A DNA stretch of 36,730 bases from Azospirillaceae bacterium (GCA_035627075.1 DASPMK010000349.1:1-36730), one strand, 5' to 3'. Shown: positions 1 through 10,773, numbered from the stretch's first letter. Notes: generated by a model from the letters alone, not told the origin. Made by a program: numbers and translations.

Positions 1-33
1 GGATGGCGGCGGGGTTGGCTAGTGTCGGCAGTC

Positions 34-921
34 ATGCGTATCCTGATCACCATCCCCCATTTCTTCGCCGCCCGCGCCGAGGACGCCCGTCACGGCTCCC
101 ACCGCGGCTCCCAGCGCCCTCTGCGCGCCGCCGCACTGGAAACGGCCCTGGTGCAGTTGCACACGCTGTTCAGCCGCAAGCGGAATTACGCGGTCAGCCA
201 CATCGGCAAGTGCCTGGAGCCGGTGCCATCCATCGGCCTTGACCTGGACATCGTCGTGGTGACGGTACCGGACAAGCACCTGCTGGACGACATCCAGGTG
301 CCGGCCGATATGTACCGGCACCACGTCGCCACTGATGTCGAGCCGTTGTACCTGGGCTTCGAATGCCATCGCCTTCTGAAGGAGATGAGGGGGCAATACG
401 ATTATTACGCCTATTTCGAAGACGATCTGGTCATCCACGACGCGCAGTTCTTCGACAAGCTGAGCCTGTTCAATAACGCGGCGAAGAACCCGATCTGCCT
501 GTTCCAGCCCCAGCGCTACGAGCTGTCGGTGGGCGAGCCGGCGGAGAAGAAAGCGCTGGCGAACAAGGTCTACAACGACTATCGCGGCGGCAACCAGACC
601 TTCGACTCGGCCAAGCTGACCGTCAACATCCTGGGCCGCAGCTACACCATCGAGCGTACGACCCAGCCGCACGCCGGCTGCTGGTTCCTCAACAACGAGC
701 AGCTCGACCGTTTTGTCAACAGCGGCAAGTTCGGCTGGTGCGGCGAGTTGCTGTGGGGCTCACCGCTCGACACCGCCGCCACCTGGGGCATTTCCCACAC
801 CTTCGCCGTATACAAGACAGCGCTGGACAGCCTGGACTTCTTCGAGCTTCAGCACGCCTGCCCGATCATCATGAAGCAGGTCTTCCCGTCCGACGGGCCG
901 GTACCGGCGTGGATCTGGTGA
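34..921 (+). CDS. hypothetical protein with GT-A-like (glycosyltransferase-like) features
   Basis: 295-aa ORF from ATG 34 (MRILITIPHFF...). Contains an internal YAYFEDDLVIHD (DxD-like) motif. The frame stays open to nt 1, so the true start could lie upstream of the window. Family not recognised. Confidence 0.5.
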   Translation: MRILITIPHFFAARAEDARHGSHRGSQRPLRAAALETALVQLHTLFSRKRNYAVSHIGKCLEPVPSIGLDLDIVVVTVPDKHLLDDIQVPADMYRHHVATDVEPLYLGFECHRLLKEMRGQYDYYAYFEDDLVIHDAQFFDKLSLFNNAAKNPICLFQPQRYELSVGEPAEKKALANKVYNDYRGGNQTFDSAKLTVNILGRSYTIERTTQPHAGCWFLNNEQLDRFVNSGKFGWCGELLWGSPLDTAATWGISHTFAVYKTALDSLDFFELQHACPIIMKQVFPSDGPVPAWIW

Positions 922-933
922 GATGAGGCGGCG

Positions 934-1323
934 TTAAGCCGCCTCCACAATGTCACACCGCCCCTCGCCAAGGTCCAGATCGATCCGCAGGTGCTTGATT
1001 ACCACCTCGGGCCGCTTTTCCCGGCCTTCCGGCACCAGCCGCACCAGTCCGGCGCGCTCCAGCTTGGCGATGGTGCGGGAGACGTTGCCCTGCTCCCGCC
1101 CCATCCGCTCCGCCAGGGCCGACACCGACCGGGGGCGTTCATGTTCGATCACCGCCAGCAGGTCGCGGTTTTCCTTGGTGAGCAGGCGCATCAGGGCATC
1201 GACCGTCATCCAGACCTTGGGCCCGTCAGGGTCGAACGCCTGCTCACCGCGCGCCGCCGCGTAAAGGCGGGCCTTCATGTCTTCCGGAGTCGTGACGCCT
1301 ACCGTGGCGTGCCGCTTCTCCAT
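934..1323 (-). CDS. MarR-like winged-helix DNA-binding protein, antitoxin-type partner of the upstream toxin-like remnant
   Basis: 129-aa ORF with the HTH segment RSVSALAERMGREQGNVSRTIAKLERAGLVRL. An AGGAGAG RBS precedes ATG 1323. The gene starts 18 nt after the stop of the toxin-like remnant. Confidence 0.7.
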   Translation of the reverse strand: MEKRHATVGVTTPEDMKARLYAAARGEQAFDPDGPKVWMTVDALMRLLTKENRDLLAVIEHERPRSVSALAERMGREQGNVSRTIAKLERAGLVRLVPEGREKRPEVVIKHLRIDLDLGEGRCDIVEAA

Positions 1324-1341
1324 CGTGCTCTCCTGTTTCGG

Positions 1342-1805
1342 CTAAGGCGGCAGATGCGCCGCAATGACCTTGAAGAAATCGTCCAAGAGCGTTTCCACGT
1401 CCTTGAATTTGGTAAGGCACCAGGATTCCGTTGCTGAACCGGTGCCAGCGATCCCACGCCACCGGATTCGACCGCCCCGGCAAATCGACCTCGTGTGCGT
1501 TGTCAAACCGGACGAGGCATGTATCGTCAGGACCGAAAAAGGCTAAAGAATACTTGAAACCAGATGGTCGACGGGGGCTCGGCGGAACCGACCGGCATTC
1601 GATTCTATACCAATGACCGCAATCATACTGGGATGATACGGGCGGCGTTTAAATGCTTCCATTATCTGCCGCCCGTATCACCCTCTCGCACCTTGCTTCG
1701 CAAGGTGCTGTCGGGTTTGAACCAAAGGCGATTAATGGAAGCCATCAACCGCCTTTGGTATGACACGCCATCAAGCTGGACGAAGAAGTCGGCTGCGTGG
1801 TCCAT
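1342..1805 (-). pseudogene. disrupted small toxin-like gene (FKYSL...DNAH...HR type; from memory DUF6516/TumE-like)
   Basis: Minus strand: ATG 1805 gives MDHAADFFVQLDGV, and the 126-bp repeat follows. The reading then resumes as ...YRIECRSVPPSPRRPSGFKYSLAFFGPDDTCLVRFDNAHEVDLPGRSNPVAWDRWHRFSNGILVPYQ. A +1 shift (extra A in caaattc, + strand 1408-1410) is needed to read FKDVETLLDDFFKVIAAHLPP*, with the stop at 1342-1344. Confidence 0.5.
1636..1761 (+). repeat. 126-bp three-hairpin repeat, copy A
   Basis: Aligns without gaps to 33521-33646 in the same orientation (about 107/126 identical by hand count). Hairpin arms are ATACGGGCGGC/GCCGCCCGTAT, GCACCTTGC/GCAAGGTGC and ACCAAAGGCG.../...CGCCTTTGGT. 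Confidence 0.75.
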
Positions 1806-2013
1806 AACGCTTCCTTTTCATGGCTCCGGCTCTCCTCTCTTCGCCTTGGTGGACGCTTATAATTATATCTCGTGATGATATAAGTAAATCCCCTCCTTGA
1901 TGCCCCACCCCCACCCCGCCCCTTGCATTGGGCGCCTGGGGTCTTTAGGTTTCGGCCAAGCCGGAAAAGGCCCTCGTTCTCCCTTTCCTCAAACGAGATT
2001 GCCCAGCCGCCCC

Positions 2014-2699
2014 ATGAAGGCCGCCGTCATCGTCTTTCCCGGGTCCAACTGCGATCGTGATGTCGCCGTGGCCCTTGAGCACGCCATGGGCGAAAAGCCC
2101 CAGATGGTCTGGCATCGTGATGCCGACCTGCCGCAGGTGGACCTGATCGTGGTTCCCGGCGGCTTTTCCTATGGCGATTATCTGCGCTCCGGCGCCATGG
2201 CGGCGCACTCGCCCATCATGCGCGAGGTGGTGGCGCGGGCCGAGAAAGGTGTCCGGGTGCTGGGCATCTGCAACGGCTTCCAGATCCTGACCGAGGCCAA
2301 GCTGCTGCCCGGTGCCTTGCTGCGCAACGCCGGCCTGAAGTTCATCTGCCGGGGCGTCGATCTGAAGGTGGAAAACACCGACAGCGCCTTCACCGGCCAT
2401 TACCAGCGCGGGCAGGTGGTGAACTTCCCCGTGGCGCACCACGACGGCAACTACTTCGCCGACGCCGAAACGCTGAAGCGGGTCGAGGGGGAAGGCCATG
2501 TGGCGTTCCGCTACGTCACGCCTGCGGGCGAGGCGACGGCCGAGGGCAACCCCAACGGCTCCGCCCTCAACATCGCCGGTGTTTTCAACGAAAAGCGCAC
2601 CGTGCTGGGCCTGATGCCGCACCCCGAGCGGGCCGGCGAGGCGCTGCACGGCCACACCGACGGCAAGCCCATGTTCGCGTCCCTGGTGGAGACCCTGTC

Positions 2700-2703
<4 letters not shown>
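2014..2703 (+). CDS. purQ: phosphoribosylformylglycinamidine synthase subunit PurQ (glutaminase)
   Basis: 229 aa starting [16 protein letters not shown], with LGICNGFQ (nucleophile Cys) and MPHPER motifs. The stop overlaps the purL GTG (GTGA). Confidence 0.95.
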
Positions 2704-4928
<2,225 letters not shown>

Positions 4929-4948
4929 ACGTAGGAAGGAGTTGCCCG

Positions 4949-5188
4949 ATGGCGATGGACGCGGCTGAGATCGAGCGGTTGATCCGGGACGGCATCCCGG
5001 ACGCAAGCGTGCGCATCGAAGACCTGCGCGGCGACGGGGACCATTACGCGGCCTACGTCGAAGCGCCGTCGTTCAAAGGCAAAACCCGCGTGCAGCAGCA
5101 CCAGATGGTCTATCAGGCGCTCCAGGGTCGGATGGGGGGCGAACTGCACGCCCTGGCGTTGCAGACCTCCGTGCCGGCCGGCGCCTGA
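4949..5188 (+). CDS. BolA family protein
   Basis: 79 aa. An AGGAAGGAG RBS lies 8 nt upstream of ATG 4949. Shows the GDGDHYAAYVEAPSFKGKTRVQQHQMVYQAL BolA-like core. Conserved purL-bolA-grxD neighbourhood. Confidence 0.85.
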   Translation: MAMDAAEIERLIRDGIPDASVRIEDLRGDGDHYAAYVEAPSFKGKTRVQQHQMVYQALQGRMGGELHALALQTSVPAGA

Positions 5189-5234
5189 ACGGCTGTCTTC
5201 CGCCAGACAAAAAGACAGGGTTGGGACAAGAACC

Positions 5235-5573
5235 ATGGATCAGACGGTTGCGGAGCGCATCCGCCACGACATCAAGGAAAACGACGTCGTCCTGTACATG
5301 AAGGGCACGCCGGTGTTTCCGCAATGCGGCTTCTCCGCCGCGGTGGTCGAGGTGCTGTCGCGCCTTGGCGTGAAGTTCAAGGGCGTCGACGTCCTGGTGG
5401 ACCCGTCCATCCGCGACGGCGTCAAGCAGTTCTCGAACTGGCCGACACTGCCGCAGCTTTATGTGAAGGGCGAGTTCGTCGGCGGCTGCGACATTGTCCG
5501 CGAGATGTACGCCTCGGGTGAGCTTCAGCAATACCTCACCGAAAAGGGCGTGCCGACACAGGCCGAAAGCTGA
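5235..5573 (+). CDS. grxD: Grx4-family monothiol glutaredoxin
   Basis: 112 aa with the CGFS active site (FPQCGFS) and WPTLPQLYVKGEFVGGCDI. Confidence 0.93.
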   Translation: MDQTVAERIRHDIKENDVVLYMKGTPVFPQCGFSAAVVEVLSRLGVKFKGVDVLVDPSIRDGVKQFSNWPTLPQLYVKGEFVGGCDIVREMYASGELQQYLTEKGVPTQAES

Positions 5574-5585
5574 TCGGCCGAGATC

Positions 5586-5617
5586 AACGGGGTCCTTCGG
5601 GACCCCGTTTTCGTTTC
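5586..5617 (+). terminator. rho-independent terminator after grxD (between convergent grxD and bluB)
   Basis: AACGGGGTCC-TTCG-GGACCCCGTT stem-loop followed by TTTCGTTT. Confidence 0.7.
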
Positions 5618-5628
5618 CGGCCCCCGGT

Positions 5629-6336
5629 TCACCGAAGGTGATCGAGGAGCGGTTCGGCGCCGGAGCGGTTATGCCAGCGGTCGAACGACACCACGTCACC
5701 CAGAGGGAGGCGCGGCAGCCATCCCGCGGTTTCAAGTTCGGGCTTCTCAAGGAAGTGCGAGACGTAGCCGACGCAGAGGTAGGCGATGGGCAGGATGGAC
5801 GGCGGAATACCCAGGACGTTCCGCAGATCGTCGCGATGCATGATACTGACCCAACCCACCCCGATGCTCTCCGCCCGCGCTGCCAGCCAGAGGTTCTGAA
5901 CGGCACAAACGGCGCTGTAGAGGTCCATTTCCGGCTGGTGAGTGCGGCCGATGACGACCGGGCCGGAGCGTCCGCGGTCGCAAGTGATGCAAATGCCCAT
6001 CGGCGCTTCCACGATCCCTTCCAGCTTGAGGGTGCGGTAGGTGTCGCGACGGTCGTCATCGAACATCCCGGCGGCCTCGTCGTGGGCGGCCCGGAAGGCG
6101 TCGCGCACCCGGTGTTTGACAGCGTCATCCCGGATGATGACGAAGTCCCAGGGCTGCATGAAGCCGACCGATGGGGCGTGGTGGGCGGCGCGGAGAAGAC
6201 GCGCCAGTACCGCGTCGGGGATCGGGTCCGGGAGAAACTGCCCGCGCACGTCGCGCCGGCTGAAAATGCACTTGTAGACGGCGTCCCGCTCGATGGGCGA
6301 GAAAACGGCATCGACCTGGATAGGATCGGCTTCCAT
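5629..6336 (-). CDS. bluB: 5,6-dimethylbenzimidazole synthase BluB (nitroreductase fold)
   Basis: 235 aa from ATG 6336 (MEADPIQVDAVFSP...), with AAHHAPSVGFMQPWDF, TCDRGRSGPVVIGRTHQPEMDLYSAVCAVQNLWLAARAE and a C-terminal [25 protein letters not shown] is upstream. The 361-aa ORF in the track is an upstream read-through. Confidence 0.88.
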   Translation of the reverse strand: MEADPIQVDAVFSPIERDAVYKCIFSRRDVRGQFLPDPIPDAVLARLLRAAHHAPSVGFMQPWDFVIIRDDAVKHRVRDAFRAAHDEAAGMFDDDRRDTYRTLKLEGIVEAPMGICITCDRGRSGPVVIGRTHQPEMDLYSAVCAVQNLWLAARAESIGVGWVSIMHRDDLRNVLGIPPSILPIAYLCVGYVSHFLEKPELETAGWLPRLPLGDVVSFDRWHNRSGAEPLLDHLR

Positions 6337-6387
6337 GGGTCCCCTCATGGCAAAGCGCGAGCATCCGCCCGTCCACGACGGCGCCCT

Positions 6388-6562
6388 AGGCTTCACAGGC
6401 CGGTCTTCTGACTGAGGCTCATCCCATCCGGACGCCTTCCCGACGCGAACGCCAGTGGCCCCTGTGTCCGGACGGTCCCCATCACAGCGTTGGGCACGTG
6501 GCGGAATCGCACCGCCTTCCCGATTCTCCCGAGGGGGTGCCCCCGAGCACCTGAAAGCGGCC
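6388..6562 (-). promoter_or_regulatory. cobalamin (B12) riboswitch in the bluB leader
   Basis: The minus strand reads ...CAGGTGCTCGGGGGCACCCCCTCGGGAGAATCGGGAAGGCGGTGCGATTCCGCCACGTGCCCAACGCTGTGAT...GCCACTGGCGTTCGCGTCGGGAAGGC...CAGTCAGAAGACCGGCC. The last element matches the B12 box (+ strand 6398-6414). A P1-like pairing GCTTTCAGG/CCTGTGAAG is present. Confidence 0.8.
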
Positions 6563-6978
6563 GCATTCTGCCATAGGGTCTTTGACCGGTCCAGAGACCG
6601 CCTTCCCTTTCGTGCCGCTTTGCGCGGGCATGGTATTATGTCCCAGGACATGTCCGACACCTCTCCTCCCCGGCGAGCCGACCAGACGGCGGTGGGTGCC
6701 GCCTGCGCCTGCATCTGGGCAGCCCTGGCGCTTTATTCCAGCGAGTCGCTTCGCCGTCCGTCCAATTGAACGGCGCAACGCGGCCCCCCCATCCGTATTG
6801 GCGGATAGCGGGAGGGGCAGGCGTACGCACCATCGGCGCGACGTTCTTCTCCTTAAGCTTCCGTCTTCTGGCCGATGAAATCTGACCGTCACCGGACGTT
6901 TCCGGCCTTTCCGGCAACCCTTGGCCCCCGACGCCTGTTTGTCTCCCGAAGCGTTTCGTTCGCCAAGGGAGCGCGGCC

Positions 6979-7773
6979 ATGGCACGCCCGACCCGGCGGT
7001 TCGGTCCGACGATTCTCATCCTGCTGGTTGCCACGATTCTGGCTGCCGTGCTGCTCGATGGCGCCGGGTTGCTGCCTTCCGGCATCCGGCCGGTTGTCCG
7101 GCTGGTTGAGCGGGAGGTTCTGGGCCTCGACACTCCGGAACCGGACAGCCCGCCGCCCGATCGGGCGATTGAGCGCCTGGAACTTCCGCCCGACCGCCTC
7201 GACTATGCCGCCATACGCCGGCAGCTCGACGCCATTACCGTCGAGCCCGAGCACCGTCGTGGCTACAATCGGGATGAATGGCCGCATTGGCGGGAGGTCA
7301 AGGGCTGCATCAACACCCGCGACCAGGTGCTGATCGACCAAAGCCTGACACCCGTGACCCTGTCGCCCAACGGCTGCGCCGTGACGGGCGGCCAGTGGCA
7401 TGATCCCTATACCGGCAAAAAGGTCCGCGATCCCAAAAGTCTCGATATCGACCACATGGTACCGCTGGAGGAAGCTCACGGCAGCGGCGGATGGGAATGG
7501 CCACGCGACCGGCGCGCGGCTTTCGCCAACGACCGAACCAACCCGCACCACCTCATCGCCGTACTGGCCGAAGCCAACCGCGCCAAGGGCGCCAAGGGAC
7601 CGGAGGAATGGTTACCGCCCCACGGCCGCTATCGTTGCCGGTATATCGCCGACTGGATCACCATCAAGGCGCGCTGGAAGCTGTCCATGGACGAGCGTGA
7701 ACGGGTGACGGTGGGCAATATCCTTTCCGACTGCACGGGCTCTGTGAGTCATTGGAATAAAGTCGCAGACTAG
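6979..7773 (+). CDS. membrane-anchored HNH-type nuclease (DUF1524-like)
   Basis: 264 aa with an N-terminal TM segment (ILILLVATILAAVLL). Shows YNRDEWPHW...CINTRDQVL...WHDPYTG...LDIDHMVPLEEAHGSG...ANDRTNPHHLIAV...ANRAKGAKGPEEWLPP. An AAGGGAG RBS is upstream. The last ~10 codons may derive from an IS end (see findings). Confidence 0.75.
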   Translation: MARPTRRFGPTILILLVATILAAVLLDGAGLLPSGIRPVVRLVEREVLGLDTPEPDSPPPDRAIERLELPPDRLDYAAIRRQLDAITVEPEHRRGYNRDEWPHWREVKGCINTRDQVLIDQSLTPVTLSPNGCAVTGGQWHDPYTGKKVRDPKSLDIDHMVPLEEAHGSGGWEWPRDRRAAFANDRTNPHHLIAVLAEANRAKGAKGPEEWLPPHGRYRCRYIADWITIKARWKLSMDERERVTVGNILSDCTGSVSHWNKVAD

Positions 7774-7897
7774 GTCCTGTCTGGCGGCCTCGCGATTCTG
7801 AGGTGCTGTTGGATCATGGCGAGCTTGACCATGGCCAAGTAGTTGAGTGTCAGCTTGTCGTGACGAGTAGCCACAGAGCGGCAGCCTTTCATCCAAC
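7770..7897 (-). pseudogene. 3' stub of an IS5-family (DDE_Tnp_1-type) transposase gene
   Basis: The minus strand reads WMKGCRSVATRHDKLTLNYLAMVKLAMIQQHLRIARPPDRT*, the typical C-terminal ...ATRYDKL...NYLA... tail. It is cut at 7897/7898 by the IS66 end. Confidence 0.65.
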
Positions 7898-7978
7898 GTA
7901 AGCGTTGCGTGACGACACGTCCGTCGTGATCCGCGTTCGTGGGATATTCCGCCGGTCGATGATTGGTGGGGGGACAGC

Positions 7979-8558
7979 ATGTCGGGGACGGATCGCGAGG
8001 CCTTCTGGCGGCAGCATGTGGCAGCTTGGCGCCAGAGCGGACGGCCGCAAAGCCATTACGCCAAAGCGCAGGGAATCGGCCGCTGGGCCCTGGGGCGCTG
8101 GGCGCGCCGCTTCGCCGGTTCCGACGACGTGAGCGCTCCCGGTCCTGGGGATAGCCCTGAGGCTGTCCCTAGGACGGCGAGCGCTCCTTTGGTGTTGGAG
8201 ATCGTGGAGGCGGCCCCCGCGCCGGCGCCGCTGGTCGGCGGCGGACAAGGAGCGGTTGGTGGCGGAAACCGGCGAGCCGGGGATGAGCGTCTCGCTGGTC
8301 GCCCGGCGACGCGGGGTCGATCCCAGCCTGCTGTTCCGCTGGCGCCGCCAGCTCCTCGCCCCGCTCGAGCCCCCACCGCTCTTCGAGCCGGTGGAACTCG
8401 TGAGCGGCGCGCCGGTTTCCTCCTGCCCGGCTTCCCCGGCCCCGGCCAGTGGTGGGGTGATCGAGATCGAATTGGTCGGCGGGCGACGGGTGCGGGTCGA
8501 TCGCGAGGTCGATGCCGAGGCACTCCGGCGCGTCCTCAGCGTGCTGGAGCGGGCGTGA
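7979..8558 (+). pseudogene. tnpA: IS66 accessory region (upstream HTH ORF plus tnpA), needs a frameshift
   Basis: Frame 2 reads MSGTDREAFWRQHVAAWRQSGRPQSHYAKAQGIGRWALGRWARRF...APLVLEIVEAAP. Frame 0 reads RRRRRWSAADKERLVAETGEPGMSVSLVARRRGVDPSLLFRWRRQL...GVIEIELVGGRRVRVDREVDAEALRRVLSVLERA*. Frame 0 has no start codon before 8253. The two parts join only if one C is removed from the C5 run at 8214-8218. Confidence 0.6.
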
Positions 8559-8911
8559 TGATCACCCTTCCCGCCGGGGTGCGCATCTACTTGGCGCTGG
8601 AGCCGTGCGACATGCGCCGGGGGTTCGACGGGCTGGCGCTGATGGTGCAGCAGGCCTTGGGCCAGGATCCGTTCAACGGCCACCTCTATCTCTTTCGCGG
8701 CAAGGGGGCGGGACGGTTGAAGATCCTCTACGCCGATCAGAATGGGATGTGCCTGTTTTCCAAGTGGCTGGATCAGGGCCGCTTTGTCTGGCCTTCGACC
8801 CGCACGCCGGGCGGCACGGTGGTGCTGACCCCGGCCGAGCTGTCGCTGCTGCTCGAAGGCCTGGAGTGGCGACACACCGTGCCGGTGTCGCGGCCGTCGG
8901 CGGCCGGGTGA
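8558..8911 (+). CDS. tnpB: IS66 family accessory protein TnpB
   Basis: 117 aa: MITLPAGVRIYLALEPCDMRRGFDGLALMVQQALGQDPFNGHLYLFRGKGAGRLKILYADQNGMCLFSKWLDQGRFVWP. The ATG overlaps the tnpA stop (TGATG). Confidence 0.9.
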   Translation: MITLPAGVRIYLALEPCDMRRGFDGLALMVQQALGQDPFNGHLYLFRGKGAGRLKILYADQNGMCLFSKWLDQGRFVWPSTRTPGGTVVLTPAELSLLLEGLEWRHTVPVSRPSAAG

Positions 8912-9841
8912 GGATGGAAAAACTCAAGCAAATCCGCGGATTTGGCTGGCCCCAGCTCCCGAGGCGGGGTAGAATCGGCCATGCGCCTCGACCTCGATCA
9001 TCTGCCCGCCGATCCCGCCCTGCTCCAGCAGTTGGTGCGCGATCTGGCGGCGGTCGTCGAGCGCCAGAAGGCCGATCTGGCCGAGCTGGAAACCCTGCGG
9101 CTCCAGCTGCGCCAGATGCAGCGGGCGCTGTATGGCCGCCGTTCCGAGCGCCTCGATCCCGACCAGTTGACCCTGGGCCTGGACGACCTGGAGGCGGACA
9201 TCACCCGCGTCGAGGCCAAGATCGCCACCGGCCAGCCGGAGACGCCGCCGCCCGCTGAGCCGGAGGAGCGCGGCCGGGCGTGGGCCGACGATCTGCCGCA
9301 CCATGACGTTACCGTGGAGCCCGACGGGCTGGAGGCCGGTGCCACGGCCTGTCCCTGCTGCGGCGGCACCCTGCACACCGCCGGCGAAACCGTGGCCCGG
9401 ATGGTGGACTATGTGCCGGCCCAGGTCCGGGTGCTGCGCATCCGCCGGCCCAAATACGCCTGCCGGCGTTGCGGACGCTGCATCAGGCCCCGGCCCCGGA
9501 CAAGCCGATCGCCAAGGGGATGGCGACGCCGGCGATGCTGGCGCACGTCCTCACCAACCGTTATGGCGATCACCTGCCGTTCTATCGGCAGGCGCAGATC
9601 CTGGCCCGCCACGGCTTTCCGGTCGACCGCTCGGTGCTGGCCGGCTGGGCCGGTCAGGCGCAATGGTGGCTGGAGGCGGTGTATGACGCCCTGGCCCAGG
9701 CGGTGTTCGCCTCGGCCAAGCTGTTTGCCGATGACACGCCGATGCCGACCCTGGCCCCCGGCACCGGGCGGGTGATGATCGGCCGGTTCTGGGCCCTACG
9801 CCCGCGATGACCGGCCCTGGCAGGGACCCGACCCGCCGGCT

Positions 9842-9898
9842 CTCAGCGAAGCTTCGCTTCGCCTGACACCGTCAGCGGAAACGAAGTTTCCGCGAGAG
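9842..9898. repeat. 57-bp quasi-palindromic insert inside tnpC
   Basis: Lies between conserved ...GPDPPA and AVVYAYTRDRKGE. Contains AGCGAAGCTTCGCT, CTGAC-ACC-GTCAG and GCGGAAAC-GAA-GTTTCCGC hairpins. The whole 57-mer is an imperfect palindrome centred on ACC. Confidence 0.45.
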
Positions 9899-10384
9899 GC
9901 GGTGGTCTACGCCTACACCCGTGACCGCAAGGGCGAGCGGCCGGCCCAGCATCTGCGCGACTTCCGCGGCGTGCTGCAGGTCGACGGCTATGCCGGGTTC
10001 GAGCGGCTGGCCGGCGGCAACCAAGTGGTGCTGGCGGCGTGCTGGAGCCATGCGCGCCGGCGCTTTTACGACTTGGCCCAGAGCGGCTCGCCGATCGCGG
10101 CGGAGGCGTTGCGCCGCTTCGCCCAGCTCTACGCGATCGAGGACCGCATCCGCGGCCATAGCGCCGAGGAGCGCCGCCAGGTCCGCCAGACCGACGCCGC
10201 CCCGCGGGTCGCCGAGTTGAAGGGGTGGCTGGAGCAGGAACTCCGGCGCCTGCCGGGCCGCTCCAAGCTGGCCGAGGCGATCCGCTATGCCGTGGGCCGG
10301 TGGCCGGTGCTCTGCGTCTACCTTGATGACGGTCGGGTGGAGATGGATACCAACGTGGTGGAACGGGCGATCCGCCCGGTGGCG

Positions 10385-10773
10385 GAGGCCGGTCACCCGC
10401 TGGTCGGACGCGGAGATCGCTGCGTCGCTGAACCGGATGGGCAATGCGCACCGGGCAGGGAAAAACCTGGACCGGGCACCGTGTCAGCTCGTTGCGCCGG
10501 GTCCATGGCATCCATGCCTGTCGGTCGGCTGATAAAGACGGCGAGTGGCTGACCCAGTACGAAGCCGCGGCGGCCCTGGGCATCTCGCGCCACCGGCTTC
10601 GCCGTCTCATCGACAGCGGCTTGCTCATCGCCGAGCAGGTGGTGCCGGGCGCGCCGTACCAGATCCGCGCCGCCGACCTGAAGGACGCGCGGATCGTCGC
10701 CGGCATCGGGCGGAAAGGACAGCCGTGCCGCCTCGGCTTGAAGGATCAACTCTCAATGTTTTCAGATACTTGA
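10385..10773 (+). pseudogene. C-terminal fragment of a serine-recombinase-type protein nested in tnpC
   Basis: ...RWSDAEIAASLNRMG, then a frameshift near 10441-10444, then MRTGQGKTWTGHRVSSLRRVHGIHACRSADKDGEWLTQYEAAAALGISRHRLRRLIDSGLLIAEQVVPGAPYQIRAADLKD...QLSMFSDT*. From memory this resembles the HTH tail of large serine recombinases. No catalytic domain is present. Confidence 0.55.

Noticed and set aside
1806-2013. Absence of purS immediately upstream of purQ, and a TTATATC-N7-GATATAA inverted repeat at about 1866-1886.
   Set aside because: Gene order for purS varies between lineages and cannot be judged from this window. The AT-rich palindrome has no obvious partner gene.
5073-6311. Long ORFs antisense or out of frame to real genes. 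Examples: 5073-6311 (-), 5494-6411 (+), 13999-15363 (-), 15739-16782 (+), 19852-21315 (+), 25909-27906 (+), 31939-33633 (-).
   Set aside because: Their translations are Arg/Pro/Gly/Ala-rich and low in complexity, which is typical of GC-rich shadow frames. Each overlaps a well-supported gene on the other strand or in another frame.
7979-8911. A single 310-aa ORF spanning the IS66 accessory region.
   Set aside because: It is a chance read-through in frame 2. Only its first ~75 codons and its last 117 codons (tnpB) look like protein. The tnpA-like sequence is in frame 0.
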